DNA of 64,000 nucleotides from Roseovarius sp. (GTDB taxonomy: Bacteria > Pseudomonadota > Alphaproteobacteria > Rhodobacterales > Rhodobacteraceae). Positions within the stretch are counted from its first letter, which is position 1. Every line of letters begins with the position of its first letter. A model generated the notes under the pieces. The model saw only the letters and a list, made by a program, of their open reading frames with translations, was not told the DNA's origin and did not search any database. The position numbers and the translations under genes were made by a program. The DNA is taken from assembly GCA_965207105.1 (NCBI GenBank), contig CBDBLS010000043.1, positions 30,318-94,317 on the forward strand, read 5' to 3'. This document shows, piece after piece, positions 45,086-57,449 of this stretch.

Positions 45086-47053
45086 AAATTCAGGTTTGCC
45101 AAGGCCGCTACATTCCTTGCGATCATATCCGCCTGGCCATTATTGCGATGGGTATCGGCAAAAATCCCGAACTTTTTCATGCGGCAAATTCCATGCTCTA
45201 CGCCGATGCGCAGCTTTGCGTGCCATGTGTTGCAGCTTTTCCGCTCTTTGGCAAGGGGATGGTTCCCTGAGGCTTTGAGCGGGACTTCCAGCGACGTTCC
45301 GGGATAACCGGGATCGCCCGGGACAGGCACACCGGGGGGCTTGTCCACGCGCGCTTCATCATATATCCGCCTGTCGTGCTTTCGCCCGGGCTGTGCAGGA
45401 CCAACGGCCAGGATCCTTTTCCTGTCGTCGGTAATGATCCGGTGCGACGCTGTATGGCGTTTCTTCTTTCCTGAATAACTGGCTTTGCGCCTTGACGGCG
45501 TCCCGGGGCGCTGAACAGGGCGCTCGGTACCATCGATCACAGGATAGAGAAGATCGTTTCTTTCCTGTGTCGATAATTTGATCCTGCGCTCCGGCATGGC
45601 GAAATGGCCAGCCATCACCGTCGTCATGGCGCGAACGCGGCGGCAAACTGTGGGGCTGGAAATGTCGAAAAGCAGGCCAACAAAGGCCTGGCCGGCGTAT
45701 GTGCGGTAATGGATCAGGCACAAAAGCATTGGCTCAATTAGCATTTATTATGCGTGGCGACCTGTGATAGAACACACCATGAACAAAATTATGGGGTGCG
45801 GCACATGGATCATCAGGCTTTTCTGGTGTGGCTCAACGAGATCGACGACCTTTCATCGAAACAACGGACTGAAACCGGACGGCTCGTTGCCGGGGTTTCG
45901 TCGCTGGAAAGCGTGATCGATCTCCCTGAGGCGAATGTTCGCGAGGGGCGTATCTGTCCGCACTGTGCTTCGGGCGGTGCGATCATCAGGGGCCATGCAA
46001 GTGGCCTGGCGAGGTTCTTTTGCAAAGGCTGTCGCAAAACCTTCAGCGCGCTGACCGGGACGCCGCTTGCCCGCTTGCGCCACAGGGACAGATGGGCAGG
46101 GTTCGCAGCTTCCCTGCGCGACGGCGAAACGGTAAAGGCGTCCGACGGGCGTTGTATGGTGGCCGACACCACAGCTTTTCGCTGGCGTCATCGCTTTCCC
46201 GAGGCCGTAACGGTCGGTGCGGTCAAGCTGTGCGGAATCGTCGAAGCCGACGGGACGTTCTTTCCGCGCAGCCGGAAAGGGGACCGTAATCTCTCTCGAA
46301 AAGCCCGCAAACGCGGGGGAAAGGCCTCGAAACGCGGATTGTCGGAGGAGCAGGTTCCGGTCCCCGTTGCGGTCGACCGATCAGGCACCGCCATCAGTGC
46401 TGTCTTGCCTGCGGTGACAGCCGGACATCTCAAAACGGTTCTGCAGCCACGTCTTGATGGGAACGCTCTCCCGGTGACCGATGGCTGCACCGGCTACCCG
46501 CCCTGCGCCGCAGAAACGGGCGTCAGCCATGAAAGTCTCGACCGGACCGCCGGAGAACGTGTCCGTGGTGAATTGCACATTCAAACCGTGAACAGTCGGC
46601 ATGAGCGGTTAAAGACCTTTCCGCGCCGCCATCGGGGTATCGCGACCAAATACCTGGACAACTGCCTTCGGTGGTTCCACCTTGCCGTCCTTCCGAGCCA
46701 CCAAACGCCGCGCGCGATACTTGCCGCCGCCGCAGGCATCCTGCCTGTAACACGCCACGCATAATCAATGCTAATTGAGCCAAAGCATTTGTTCCGCCAG
46801 TTGCAGCCGATACTTCCTGCCGCCCCCGATGGCCCGTTGTCTGTTCTTTCGGGACAAACGCCCGGCTTCACCGGCAAGCCAAATCGGGTGAAGCTGACAA
46901 ACCGGAGCATCAAAATCCGCCGGACGTATTCCGGAAAGGCGGAAAAACAACTCTGGACGTGCTCGTAAAACTTTCAGTACGGCCATTCCGGCAAACTCCA
47001 CTGCTTCGGTGAAGCTGGAATAGCAGAAATCTACCTATTGCGAAACAGGTCTA
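45086..47053 (-). mobile_element. IS5-family ISL2-group (DDE_Tnp_4-type) element, split by IS1595 and clipped by IS21
   Basis: TAGACCTGTTTCGCAA terminus; IGGGRK, IDGTERPVQRP, YSGKKKRHT, RIGVEHGI. Confidence 0.8.
45731..46781 (+). mobile_element. IS1595 copy 2 (CDS 45805..46764)
   Basis: IRs; TSD AAAGCATT. Confidence 0.92.
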
Positions 47054-47275
47054 TAGCTGCCAAACCCCTCGATCCGGGCAAAACAGCGCTCTGCGAAATC
47101 CGCCTCATACCCGCGCGACAGCATTCCGGAGATAAACCGCTCGCGAAACGCCCCAATCGTACCCATGCGCTTGAAAGTGGCCAGCGAGCGCCGCAACCGG
47201 TCGGCCTCGGCTGCGGAGAAGCCGGCAGCGACGACCGCGATCTGCATCGCCTGTTCCCGAAACAGCGGCACGCCA
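47054..47275 (-). pseudogene. dnaE2: Error-prone DNA polymerase DnaE2 internal fragment
   Basis: [33 protein letters not shown]...RIEGFGSY. Confidence 0.8.
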
Positions 47276-47299
47276 CAGGTGCGCCCGGGAATGAAAGGG

Positions 47300-47379
47300 C
47301 TAAAGTGGATGACTTTTACGCCGCCCGCGACAGCACAACGCCGACGCTACCGTGGCCGAGTATTGCTCCGCCGATTACG
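47300..47379 (-). mobile_element. IS21-type left-end remnant
   Basis: GACTTTTACGCCGCC and TATTGCTCCGCCGATTAC resemble the type X left end. Confidence 0.55.
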
Positions 47380-47458
47380 TCTGGTCACGGCGACCGCATA
47401 GCTTGCCATCGTGGCTCGGATTTTGGGGATGGTTGGTGGGCGCCTGCTGAGGCACCGG

Positions 47459-48079
47459 TCACTCCTCGACGTAACGCGCCACAATCTCGGCCATTTGCTC
47501 TGCCGGAAGGATCGGCGGCATCAAGGTCAGAACCTCGCCTTGTGCATCCAGCAGATAGATATGGCTGCCATGGGCATAGATCGGTCCATGTTCCGGGTCA
47601 TCCATGATCTTTTCAAACGTCACCTGATAGGCATCGTAGGCAACACTCAGATCCTTGTAATCCCCTGTCAGGCCCACAAACGCTGGCGAAATCCCGTGCA
47701 GCCTGGGACCCATGGTTTCAACCGTGTCCAGAACCGGATCAATGGTAATCAGGACGGGGCTGGCCTCAATCCCCCTGTCGGCCAGCACATCAACCGCATC
47801 CGCCATCATGGGCAGGGCCGCACTACAGATGCCGGGGCAATTGGCATAGCCAAAGAACAAAAGCTGTAGCTTGCCCTCAGGCTCAACCTGGCTGCGCGCA
47901 GCACCGGTGTGATCGACAAGTTGAAATGGCCCGCCAATGTGCCACGGCAAAGCGGACACCGCAGCGGGCGAGGCGGGGGCCACTGTGTTTTCTGCATGCT
48001 TTTTCGTTCCGTGGGCACCGGCATGCGTGGCCACGATGCATGCGGCCACGCACAGGATGTGGATCAGATGCCGCCTCAC
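47459..48079 (-). CDS. SCO1/SenC-family copper-binding protein
   Basis: GGPFQLVDH, FFGYANCPGIC, ITIDP, AHGSHIYLLD. Confidence 0.92.
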   Translation of the reverse strand: MRRHLIHILCVAACIVATHAGAHGTKKHAENTVAPASPAAVSALPWHIGGPFQLVDHTGAARSQVEPEGKLQLLFFGYANCPGICSAALPMMADAVDVLADRGIEASPVLITIDPVLDTVETMGPRLHGISPAFVGLTGDYKDLSVAYDAYQVTFEKIMDDPEHGPIYAHGSHIYLLDAQGEVLTLMPPILPAEQMAEIVARYVEE

Positions 48080-48642
48080 TCGAACATCTCCTTGATAAAG
48101 GGCTGTTCCGCCTCAACGCCAATCCCGGTATAGCCATTTGCCGCAATAGCGGCATTGACCCTTGGGTCACGCCGAAACCAGGGACCTTTGCCTTTGGCAT
48201 CGGGATTTGCCTTGGCCCATTTCTTTGTCCAGGAATTGGCCCTGGTCCACTTTTCTTCACCGACATTTCGGATTTTTTGCACAAGATAGACGTTGTTGAC
48301 GTCAAGATCGGGGTCGTTGATCATCAACCCGTCAACCTCGACCTGCGCGCCACAGAAGGGCAACAATTCCTGAGCCGCACCTGTAAAGGCCGCTTGCGAG
48401 TTTTTGTTCGGGTAAACCAGCATACCATCAGCGGCGCGCAAAAGCCCAAGCTGGCGGTGTCCGTCGCCGCAATTGTCGGCGCAATCGCCGGTCATTTCGC
48501 ACAGTATATCGACGACCATTGCCTCAAACCGGGCGGGTTCTTCGGCGTAGAGGTTCCAGGACTTTGCCTCGGACCCTTCCGAGAAATCCTGTGCAGAAAC
48601 GGGTGTGGTCAGGACGGCCAAAGCGATGATGATATGTTTCAT
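48076..48642 (-). CDS. Exported Cys-rich hypothetical protein
   Basis: Signal peptide; DILCEMTGDCADNC; overlaps sco start. Confidence 0.8.
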   Translation of the reverse strand: MKHIIIALAVLTTPVSAQDFSEGSEAKSWNLYAEEPARFEAMVVDILCEMTGDCADNCGDGHRQLGLLRAADGMLVYPNKNSQAAFTGAAQELLPFCGAQVEVDGLMINDPDLDVNNVYLVQKIRNVGEEKWTRANSWTKKWAKANPDAKGKGPWFRRDPRVNAAIAANGYTGIGVEAEQPFIKEMFE

Positions 48643-48652
48643 GATCCTGGCC

Positions 48653-49105
48653 TCACTCCTTGGGTTCTGGGATGGCGAAGCCGGGCACGGTGCCATAATC
48701 TTCGTGGTTCAGATTGGTGATACCGTGATCCTCGACCACTTTTTCCACCACGATGTATTTCAGGCCGTCGCGTTCATAAAGCAGACCATCAGCCGTGATT
48801 TCGTGACTGGCAAGGCTCAGTTGAGTATCCCCGCTTGCCGATCCGTCATCGCTTTCGATTTTGAGAACCATGTAAACCTGACCGTCTTCACCCAAAAGCC
48901 CGACAGGAATGCCGCCCGCCGAACACCACAGGGCACAGGTATGATGCGCGCTGCCGACAACCGCATCCGGGCCACCCATGACGCCGGAATAATAGCACCA
49001 CGTATCAATCATTTCTCCTTTGATTTGTATACGTTCGCCCTCGGATGCCTGCCCTGCGACGGGCAAGGTCAGTAGCATTCCCAGCAAAGCTAAAGTGGTT
49101 CGCAT
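48653..49105 (-). CDS. Exported Cys/His hypothetical protein
   Basis: Signal peptide; GEMIDTWCY, HHTCALWCSAGGIPVGLL. Confidence 0.8.
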   Translation of the reverse strand: MRTTLALLGMLLTLPVAGQASEGERIQIKGEMIDTWCYYSGVMGGPDAVVGSAHHTCALWCSAGGIPVGLLGEDGQVYMVLKIESDDGSASGDTQLSLASHEITADGLLYERDGLKYIVVEKVVEDHGITNLNHEDYGTVPGFAIPEPKE

Positions 49106-49151
49106 GATGCAGTTCCTATCTATTGTTCGGTGCGACTATCTCATAGGTTTT

Positions 49152-50202
49152 GGCTCAATTAGCATTGATTATGCGTGCCAACCTGTAATAGAACACACCA
49201 TGAACAAAATTATGGGGTGCGGCACATGGATCATCAAGCTTTTTTGGTGTGGCTCAACGAGACCGACGACCTTTCATCGAAACAACGGGCTGAAACCGGA
49301 CGGCTCGTTGCCGGGGTTTCGTCGCTGGAAAGCGTGATCGATCTCCCTGAGGCGAATGTTCGCGAGGGGCGTATCTGTCCGCACTGTGCTTCGGGCGGTG
49401 CGATCATCAGGGGCCATGCAAGTGGCCTGACGAGGTTCTTTTGCAAAGGCTGTCGCAAAACCTTCAACGCGCTGACCGGGACGCCGCCTGCCCGCTTGCG
49501 CCACAGGGACAGATGGGCAGGGTTCGCAGCTTCCCTGCGCGACGGCGAAACGGTAAAGGCGTCCGACGGGCGTTGTATGGTGGCCGACACCACAGCTTTT
49601 CGTTGGCGTCATCGCTTTCCCGAGGCCGTAACGGTCGGTGCGGTCAAGCTGTGCGGAATCGTCGAAGCCGACGGGACGTTCTTTCCGCGCAGCCGGAAAG
49701 GGGACCGTAATCTCTCTCGAAAAGCCCGCAAACGCGGGGGAAAGGCCTCAAAACGCGGATTGTCGAAGGAGCAGGTTCCGGTCCCCGTTGCGGTCGACCG
49801 ATCAGGCACCGCCATCAGTGCTGTCTTGCCTGCGGTGACAGCCGAACATCTCAAAACGGTTCTGCAGCCACGTCTTGATGGGGACGCTCTCCCGGTGACC
49901 GATGGCTGCACCGGCTACCCGCCCTGCGCCGCAGAAACGGGCGTCAGCCATGAAAGTCTCGACCGGACCGCCGGAGAACGTGTCCGTGGTGAATTGCACA
50001 TTCAAACCGTGAACAGTCGGCATGAGCGGTTAAAGACCTTTCCGCGCCGCCATCGGGGCATCGCGACCAAATACCTGGACAGCTGCCTTCGGTGGTTCCA
50101 CCCTGCCGTCCTTCCGAGCCACCAAACGCCGCGCGCGATACTTGCCGCCGCCGCAGGCATCCTGCCTGTAACACGCCACGCATAATCAATGCTAATTGAG
50201 CC
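49152..50202 (+). mobile_element. IS1595 copy 3 (CDS 49226..50185)
   Basis: IRs; TSD TAGGTTTT. Confidence 0.92.
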
Positions 50203-50263
50203 TAGGTTTTTGATCGCGCCTACAGGCATTATGTCAATGTTTCGTCAGTTTGGCGGATGGGGG

Positions 50264-51355
50264 TGACCTGCCCCTTTTATGAGGGCCACCCTTGAGTAGG
50301 GTTTGTTCTGGTTTTGTGTGCCATTATTCGGCGGCGTAAGCAATGGGCATCGGCGCGGAGCCCTCACACAACTCAAGCGCTGGTGCCCATTGCGTTTTGT
50401 CGAAGGGCCGCGCTTCGGCGAACTCTTCGGGTGTTCGGTATTTGATGCTGCTGTGTGGCCTCTGCGTGTTGTAGTCGATCCTCCAGTCCTCAATGATCTC
50501 CTGCGCCTCTGCGAGGCCGGTGAACCAATGCCGGCTCAGGCACTCCTCACGGAAGCGTCCGTTGAAGCTTTCCATGTATGCGTTTTGCGTCGGCTTGCCA
50601 GGGTCGATGAAGTAGAGTTGCACGCCGTGATCGTCCGCCCACTTGTCCATAGCCCGTCCGCGCAGTTCCGGGCCATAACACCTTCGGAATGATGCTGATT
50701 GAGAAGCTATGACCGCCTGCGCAGCCCCAAATAGCGCAGCAGGTGGTCATAGCCGTACCTCAGGTCCCTACAGTGGTTTTGCAACAAACCACACCGCAAA
50801 GGAGACCGACTATGACCGACACGACTATTGCACAATCCGAGCCTGTCTTGGTGGCTATTGATATCTCTAAAGCACGCCATGAAGTCTTGGTTGCCGCGCC
50901 TGACAAGTCAGGTTTGACCGTGAAATCCCAACCAGCCTGCACGCGCCTCGCTGCGGGAACTGATGATCCTCCATCAGTGTTTTCACGGCAGCTCGGCGGC
51001 ATGCAGGCGTCAGGAGTTTTTTGCCAAAAGCCCCTTGAGGCCAGCGTTATCCAGCAGCGCATCCGCCGGAAGGCGCTTCAGCTCCGCATTCTGCGCCTCC
51101 AGATCCTTCAGGCGTCGCAGCTCGCAGACCTGCATGCCGCCGTACCGGCTCTTCCACTTGTACAGCGTCGCATCTGACAGGCCGGGCTTGCGGCACAGTT
51201 CAGACACCTTCGCCCCCGCGGAATACTCCTGCAGTATCCGGACAATCTGCTCTTCGGTAAAACGTGATTTGCGCATCGTCTGTTCTCCTCGTTGCAATGA
51301 ACGTTACGAGAACAAACCCTACCTTCAAGTGGTCCAGTTTATCGGGGGCAGGTCA
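50264..51355 (-). mobile_element. IS3-family element with internal deletion and IS110 fragment
   Basis: TGACCTGCCCC IRs, GGG TSD; orfA MRKSRFTEEQI; orfB tail PGKPTQNAYMESFNGRFREECL. Confidence 0.88.
50675..50907 (+). pseudogene. IS110-family left end and transposase N-terminus fragment
   Basis: AGGAG RBS, MTDTTIAQSEPVLVAIDISKARHEV. Confidence 0.65.
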
Positions 51356-51391
51356 GGGTGTGAATGGCGTTTTTGAATGCGTCCAGATCAA

Positions 51392-51555
51392 ACATGCCGG
51401 TCCTTACGGCCCTTGCCCTGTTCGACCCGGATCAGCATGCGATCACTGTCGATATCACCGTCCTTCAAATGCGTGAGCTCGCTCGCCCGCAGCCGCCACC
51501 ATAGGCCACGCTGAACGCCGCACGATACTTCAAGCCGGACCCTGGGGCCGCCTCC
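51392..51555 (-). pseudogene. Tyrosine recombinase fragment
   Basis: Hand translation: GLKYRAAFSVAYGGG / LRASELTHLKDGDIDSDRMLIRVEQGKGRKDRHV (frameshifted). Confidence 0.7.
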
Positions 51556-51663
51556 AAAATGCGTGCAACTCCAGTGCCGACGGGTGCGATTTGACGCGAC
51601 ACGCTCTACAGGAAACGGGGCCGCCCAAGGCGACCCCTCCCTGTCTTTGATGGGCAGCGCAGC

Positions 51664-53373
<1,710 letters not shown>

Positions 53374-53661
53374 TCAGGAGATGATCCCCAGAATGTCGCT
53401 TTCCTTCATGATCAACAGCTCTTCGCCGTCCAGCGTGATCTCGGTGCCGGACCATTTGCCGAACAGGATCCTGTCGCCGGCCTTGACGTCCATGTCGACG
53501 CGCTTGCCGTCTTCGTCGCGCGTACCGGCGCCAACGGAAACCACTTCGCCCTCGGCGGGCTTTTCTTTTGCGTTATCGGGGATGATCAGACCACCAGCGG
53601 TCTTTTCGTCGGATTCAACGCGGCGGACCAGTACCCGGTCATGCAACGGAGTGAATGCCAT
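53374..53661 (-). CDS. groES: Co-chaperonin GroES
   Basis: [24 protein letters not shown]. Confidence 0.97.
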   Translation of the reverse strand: MAFTPLHDRVLVRRVESDEKTAGGLIIPDNAKEKPAEGEVVSVGAGTRDEDGKRVDMDVKAGDRILFGKWSGTEITLDGEELLIMKESDILGIIS

Positions 53662-53698
53662 TCTGAACTCTCCCTGGTTCATGCTTCGGTTTCGATCG

Positions 53699-53725
53699 TT
53701 ATCATTCACCTGTGATGAGTGACAA
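53699..53725 (-). promoter_or_regulatory. Degenerate CIRCE (HrcA operator)
   Basis: TTGTCACTC-N9-GAATGATAA vs TTAGCACTC-N9-GAGTGCTAA, upstream of groES. Confidence 0.65.
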
Positions 53726-53733
53726 CGATGCGC

Positions 53734-53761
53734 ATTTAAGGAATCTTCCAGCGCCAGTCAA
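53734..53761 (-). promoter_or_regulatory. Putative RpoH-type groESL promoter
   Basis: TTGAC-N15-CCTTAAAT just upstream of CIRCE. Confidence 0.5.
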
Positions 53762-53869
53762 CATGGCCGTACTGAACATTTTGCGAAATTTAACGAAAGT
53801 CTAGCACTGCGGGGCGGCTCGGGCAACGCCTTTGGCACCACAGCAGACTCCTGGCATTATCGGCTGTAA

Positions 53870-54222
53870 CCTCGGTGGACCACCAATATCGGTACATTTC
53901 ACGGGTTTTGAGCAATTCCCGTATCGATGCCGATCAGGTGATGTGTGCTTGCGCGGGGAAGCTTTTTCATCGCCTGCATGATGCCGGAGAGACGATTGTG
54001 CCTGCTCTTGACCAAAGCCAGGTCAACAAGGGTCACGAAGCCTTGATGGTATCGGTGCGGATGCGGGGTCGCGCCTTGCCTGTAGCCTGGCGTGTGCGCC
54101 AAACCAAAGGGCCAGTCGGGTGGCGTGTGCAATACGGGCTTCTGGAAAGTATTCGCCCCTGGTTGCCTGAAGGCCCGTGCGTTTTGTTGACCGGAGATCG
54201 GTTCTGCGGGCATTGTCGCATA
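53870..54222 (+). pseudogene. IS4-like transposase fragment
   Basis: IVPALDQS, GRALPVAW, LLTGDRFCG. Confidence 0.65.
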
Positions 54223-54272
54223 GATCGTCGCTTGCATGATATCGGTTACGATCTGTTATACCAATGGCATAA

Positions 54273-54605
54273 TCAATTGACCGTTAGCCAGTCACGGTGT
54301 GTGATTGAGGTTACCCGGTCGGGATCATTCCCGAAAAAGGTCCATGCGTCTGCACATTTGTCCAGGATGTCTTCGTAACTGTCAAAGACAGTGATTGCGG
54401 GTTTGTTGGCGCGCAGGTATTGCCGGACATTTTCCATGGGGTTGAGTTCGGGAGCACAGGGCGGCAGCTTTGGAAGTGTGATGTCCGGCGGTATTTTCAG
54501 GTCTTTCGCACCGTGCCGGCCAGCTCCGTCCAGTATCAGGAGGGCATGGGCATCTGCAGCCACGGTCCTGGCAATCTCTGCGAGGTGCAATTCCATCGCT
54601 TCGAC
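54273..54605 (-). pseudogene. IS630-family (DDE_3-type) C-terminal remnant, hypermutated
   Basis: LDGAGRH, LPPCAPELNPMENVRQYLR. Confidence 0.8.
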
Positions 54606-54614
54606 ATTAACATA

Positions 54615-54697
54615 AGCTCAATTAGCATTGATTATGCGTGCCAGCCTGTGATAGAATATAACATGAACAAAATTATGGGGTGCGGCACATGGATCAT
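54615..54697 (+). mobile_element. IS1595 left-end fragment
   Basis: GCTCAATTAGCATTGATTATGCGTG...ATGGATCAT. Confidence 0.85.
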
Positions 54698-54708
54698 TTT
54701 CCATCTAA

Positions 54709-54807
54709 TGGTTTAAAACCTCCGACTTTAGTCGGAAAAACATTCAAACGTGCGCCGAAGGCGCTCATGAACCACTGAACCCTCTGACTTTAGTCGGAGG
54801 AGGTTCA
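54709..54807 (+). mobile_element. IS200/IS605-like non-autonomous miniature element
   Basis: Hairpins TCCGACTTTAGTCGGA (54721-54736) and CTCTGACTTTAGTCGGAG (54782-54799); TGAAC before and GTTCA after the second. Confidence 0.6.
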
Positions 54808-54922
54808 GCAATTCTGGCTATGTTTGCGGTACGCTTTTGCCAATTATAGTTTCTGGAACGTATCAACCGGGTTGCACAGAAACGCAAACGATCAAAAGCA
54901 ACACCTTCTTCAGGGAGACACC

Positions 54923-56479
54923 ATGTCACAGATCACCAAACATCTCTCTCGCCGAGGCTTTCTTAAGCGCAGCGGAGCAACCGGGCTTGTGGCCACATCA
55001 ACAGGCTTGTTTTTGCCGCAGGCGGCATTCGCAGACGCGCCAAAGAAGGGCGGGCATTTCGTGCTGGGGCTGAAGGGCGGCGAAAGCACGGACACGCTTG
55101 ATCCGGCGATCAACCTTGGAAGCGCCAGTTCCTATGCGCTTTATGCCTTTGGGGATTATCTGGTTGAGATTGCTCCTGACGGTAGCCTGATACCCGCCCT
55201 TGCCGAAAGCTGGGAAGCCGCCGGGGGTGGCAAGATCTGGCATTTCAGCATCCGTCAGGGGGTTGAGTTTCAGAACGGTAAGACCCTGACTGCCGATGAT
55301 GTTGTTAAAACCCTTCAGCGCCATTCGAACGAAGACTCGCAATCTGGCGCGCTTGGCATCATGCGCGGAATCGAGGACATCAAGGCGGATGGCAATTTCG
55401 TGTCGATGACACTGAGCACGGCGAATGCTGATCTGCCCTATCTGATGACCGACTATCATCTGGTGATTCAGCCCGATGGCGGGATGGGCAATCCGGTCGA
55501 CGGTATCGGCACCGGGCCCTACAGACTGACGGGCGAAGAGCCGGGTGTGCGCTACACATTCGAGAAATTTGCCAACCACTGGAATGATCAGGTGGGCCAT
55601 TTCGACAGCCACGAAATTATCGTCATCAATGATGACACCGCCCGCTCAGCTGCCCTGCAATCGGGCCAGGTTCACGCGATCGACAAGGTTCCGCCGCGTG
55701 TGGCCGACCTGATCGGGCGGGCACCGGATGTGGCGGTGGGTGTTACTCCGGGCCGTGGGCACTACATCTTTGTCATGCACACCAACACGCCACCCTTTGA
55801 CAACAAAGACCTGCGACTGGCCCTAAAATACGCGATCAACCGGCAGGAATTGGTGGATACCGTTCTGAACGGCTATGGTGCCATCGGCAATGACATCCCG
55901 ATCAACGATGCCTATCCGTTGTTTGACGACAGCTTGCCGCAGCGAGAGTTTTCGCTGGAAAAAGCCGCCGAGCATTACAAGAAATCTGGCCATGATGGCA
56001 CCCCGATTGTCCTGCAGGTGTCAGACGCCGCCTTCCCGGGGGCCATTGATGCAGCACAACTTTTCCAACAGACGGCGAATGCCGCAGGTATTCCGCTCGA
56101 GATCAAACGAGAGCCTGCCGATGGCTATTGGTCCGAAATCTGGAACAATCAGCCGTTCTGTGCCTCTTTCTGGGGCGGGCGCCCAGTGCAGGATCAGATG
56201 TGGTCAACCGGATATCTGTCGACGGCAGACTGGAATGACACACGTTTCAATAACCCTGAGTTCGATGCGCTTTTGCTTGAAGCTCGGGCTGAACTCAATC
56301 CGACCCGCCGCAAAGAACTCTATAGCCAAATGGCGCAGATCGTCTGGGAAGATGGCGGGTTGATCAATCCGATGTTCAATAATTTCATTGATGGTTACTC
56401 TGAAACGCTCGGAGGGTGGACACGCCACTATAGTCAGATGATGAATGGCTTTGCGTCAAAATTGACCTGGTTCGCTTGA
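54923..56479 (+). CDS. Peptide/nickel ABC substrate-binding protein (family 5), Tat-exported
   Basis: SRRGFLK, LAESWE, GTGPY, PFDNKDLRLA. Confidence 0.92.
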   Translation: MSQITKHLSRRGFLKRSGATGLVATSTGLFLPQAAFADAPKKGGHFVLGLKGGESTDTLDPAINLGSASSYALYAFGDYLVEIAPDGSLIPALAESWEAAGGGKIWHFSIRQGVEFQNGKTLTADDVVKTLQRHSNEDSQSGALGIMRGIEDIKADGNFVSMTLSTANADLPYLMTDYHLVIQPDGGMGNPVDGIGTGPYRLTGEEPGVRYTFEKFANHWNDQVGHFDSHEIIVINDDTARSAALQSGQVHAIDKVPPRVADLIGRAPDVAVGVTPGRGHYIFVMHTNTPPFDNKDLRLALKYAINRQELVDTVLNGYGAIGNDIPINDAYPLFDDSLPQREFSLEKAAEHYKKSGHDGTPIVLQVSDAAFPGAIDAAQLFQQTANAAGIPLEIKREPADGYWSEIWNNQPFCASFWGGRPVQDQMWSTGYLSTADWNDTRFNNPEFDALLLEARAELNPTRRKELYSQMAQIVWEDGGLINPMFNNFIDGYSETLGGWTRHYSQMMNGFASKLTWFA

Positions 56480-56492
56480 AAGTAATCAACGG

Positions 56493-57449
56493 ATGCACCC
56501 CTTAATAAGGCTTCTGATCCAGCGCTTGTCGCTGGGTCTGCTGCTGCTGGTGGCCTCGACGGTGTTGATCTTTGTCGGCACCTCAATCCTGCCCGGGGAT
56601 GTGCCCCAAGCGATCCTGGGCCAGTCTGCCACGCCCGAAACACTAGAGAACCTGCGGCGTGAAATGGGATTGAATGATCCTGCCCTGTGGCGCTATTTCT
56701 CGTGGGTAGGCGGCATTCTACAGGGTGATTTGGGCACGGCGCTGACCAATGGTGCCGACATTGCCAACTCGATCAAAAAGCGGCTGGGCAACACGCTGTT
56801 TCTAGCCTTTTGGGCGGCGATTATTTCGGTGCCATTAGCCATCATGCTTGGCGTGATTTCTGTCAGATTTCGCAACCGTTGGCCGGACAAGCTGATTTCC
56901 GGGATCACGCTCGCAGCGATTTCAGTGCCGGAATTCATTCTTGGGTATTTCGTCATGTTCCTGATTGCCGTCAAACTACGCTGGGTGCCTTCGGTGGCGC
57001 TGATCAATGACGGGATGGGCCTGGCTGAAAAGCTGAATGCGATTGCCCTGCCGGTCATCGTTCTGGTTTTCGTCGTGCTGGCCCACATGATGCGGATGAC
57101 CCGCGCCGCGATACTGAATGTGATGGAATCGGCCTATATTGAAACCGCCGAACTCAAGGGCCTGACTGGCGCGCAGGTGATCATTGGCCACGCTTTGCCC
57201 AATGCCATCGCCCCTATCGTCAACGTTATTATGCTGAACCTTGCCTATCTGGTTGTTGGCGTCGTGGTGGTTGAGGTGGTGTTTGTCTATCCCGGCATGG
57301 GGCAATATCTGGTCGATCACGTCTCAAAACGTGATGTGCCGGTGGTGCAGGCGGCAGGCCTGATCTTTGCCAGTGTCTATATTCTGCTTAACACCACTGC
57401 GGACCTTCTGGCCATCATCAGCAATCCGCGTCTGAGGCATCCGAAATGA
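56493..57449 (+). CDS. Peptide ABC permease (DppB-like)
   Basis: PGD, GDLG, YIETAELKGL, NPR. Confidence 0.92.
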   Translation: MHPLIRLLIQRLSLGLLLLVASTVLIFVGTSILPGDVPQAILGQSATPETLENLRREMGLNDPALWRYFSWVGGILQGDLGTALTNGADIANSIKKRLGNTLFLAFWAAIISVPLAIMLGVISVRFRNRWPDKLISGITLAAISVPEFILGYFVMFLIAVKLRWVPSVALINDGMGLAEKLNAIALPVIVLVFVVLAHMMRMTRAAILNVMESAYIETAELKGLTGAQVIIGHALPNAIAPIVNVIMLNLAYLVVGVVVVEVVFVYPGMGQYLVDHVSKRDVPVVQAAGLIFASVYILLNTTADLLAIISNPRLRHPK

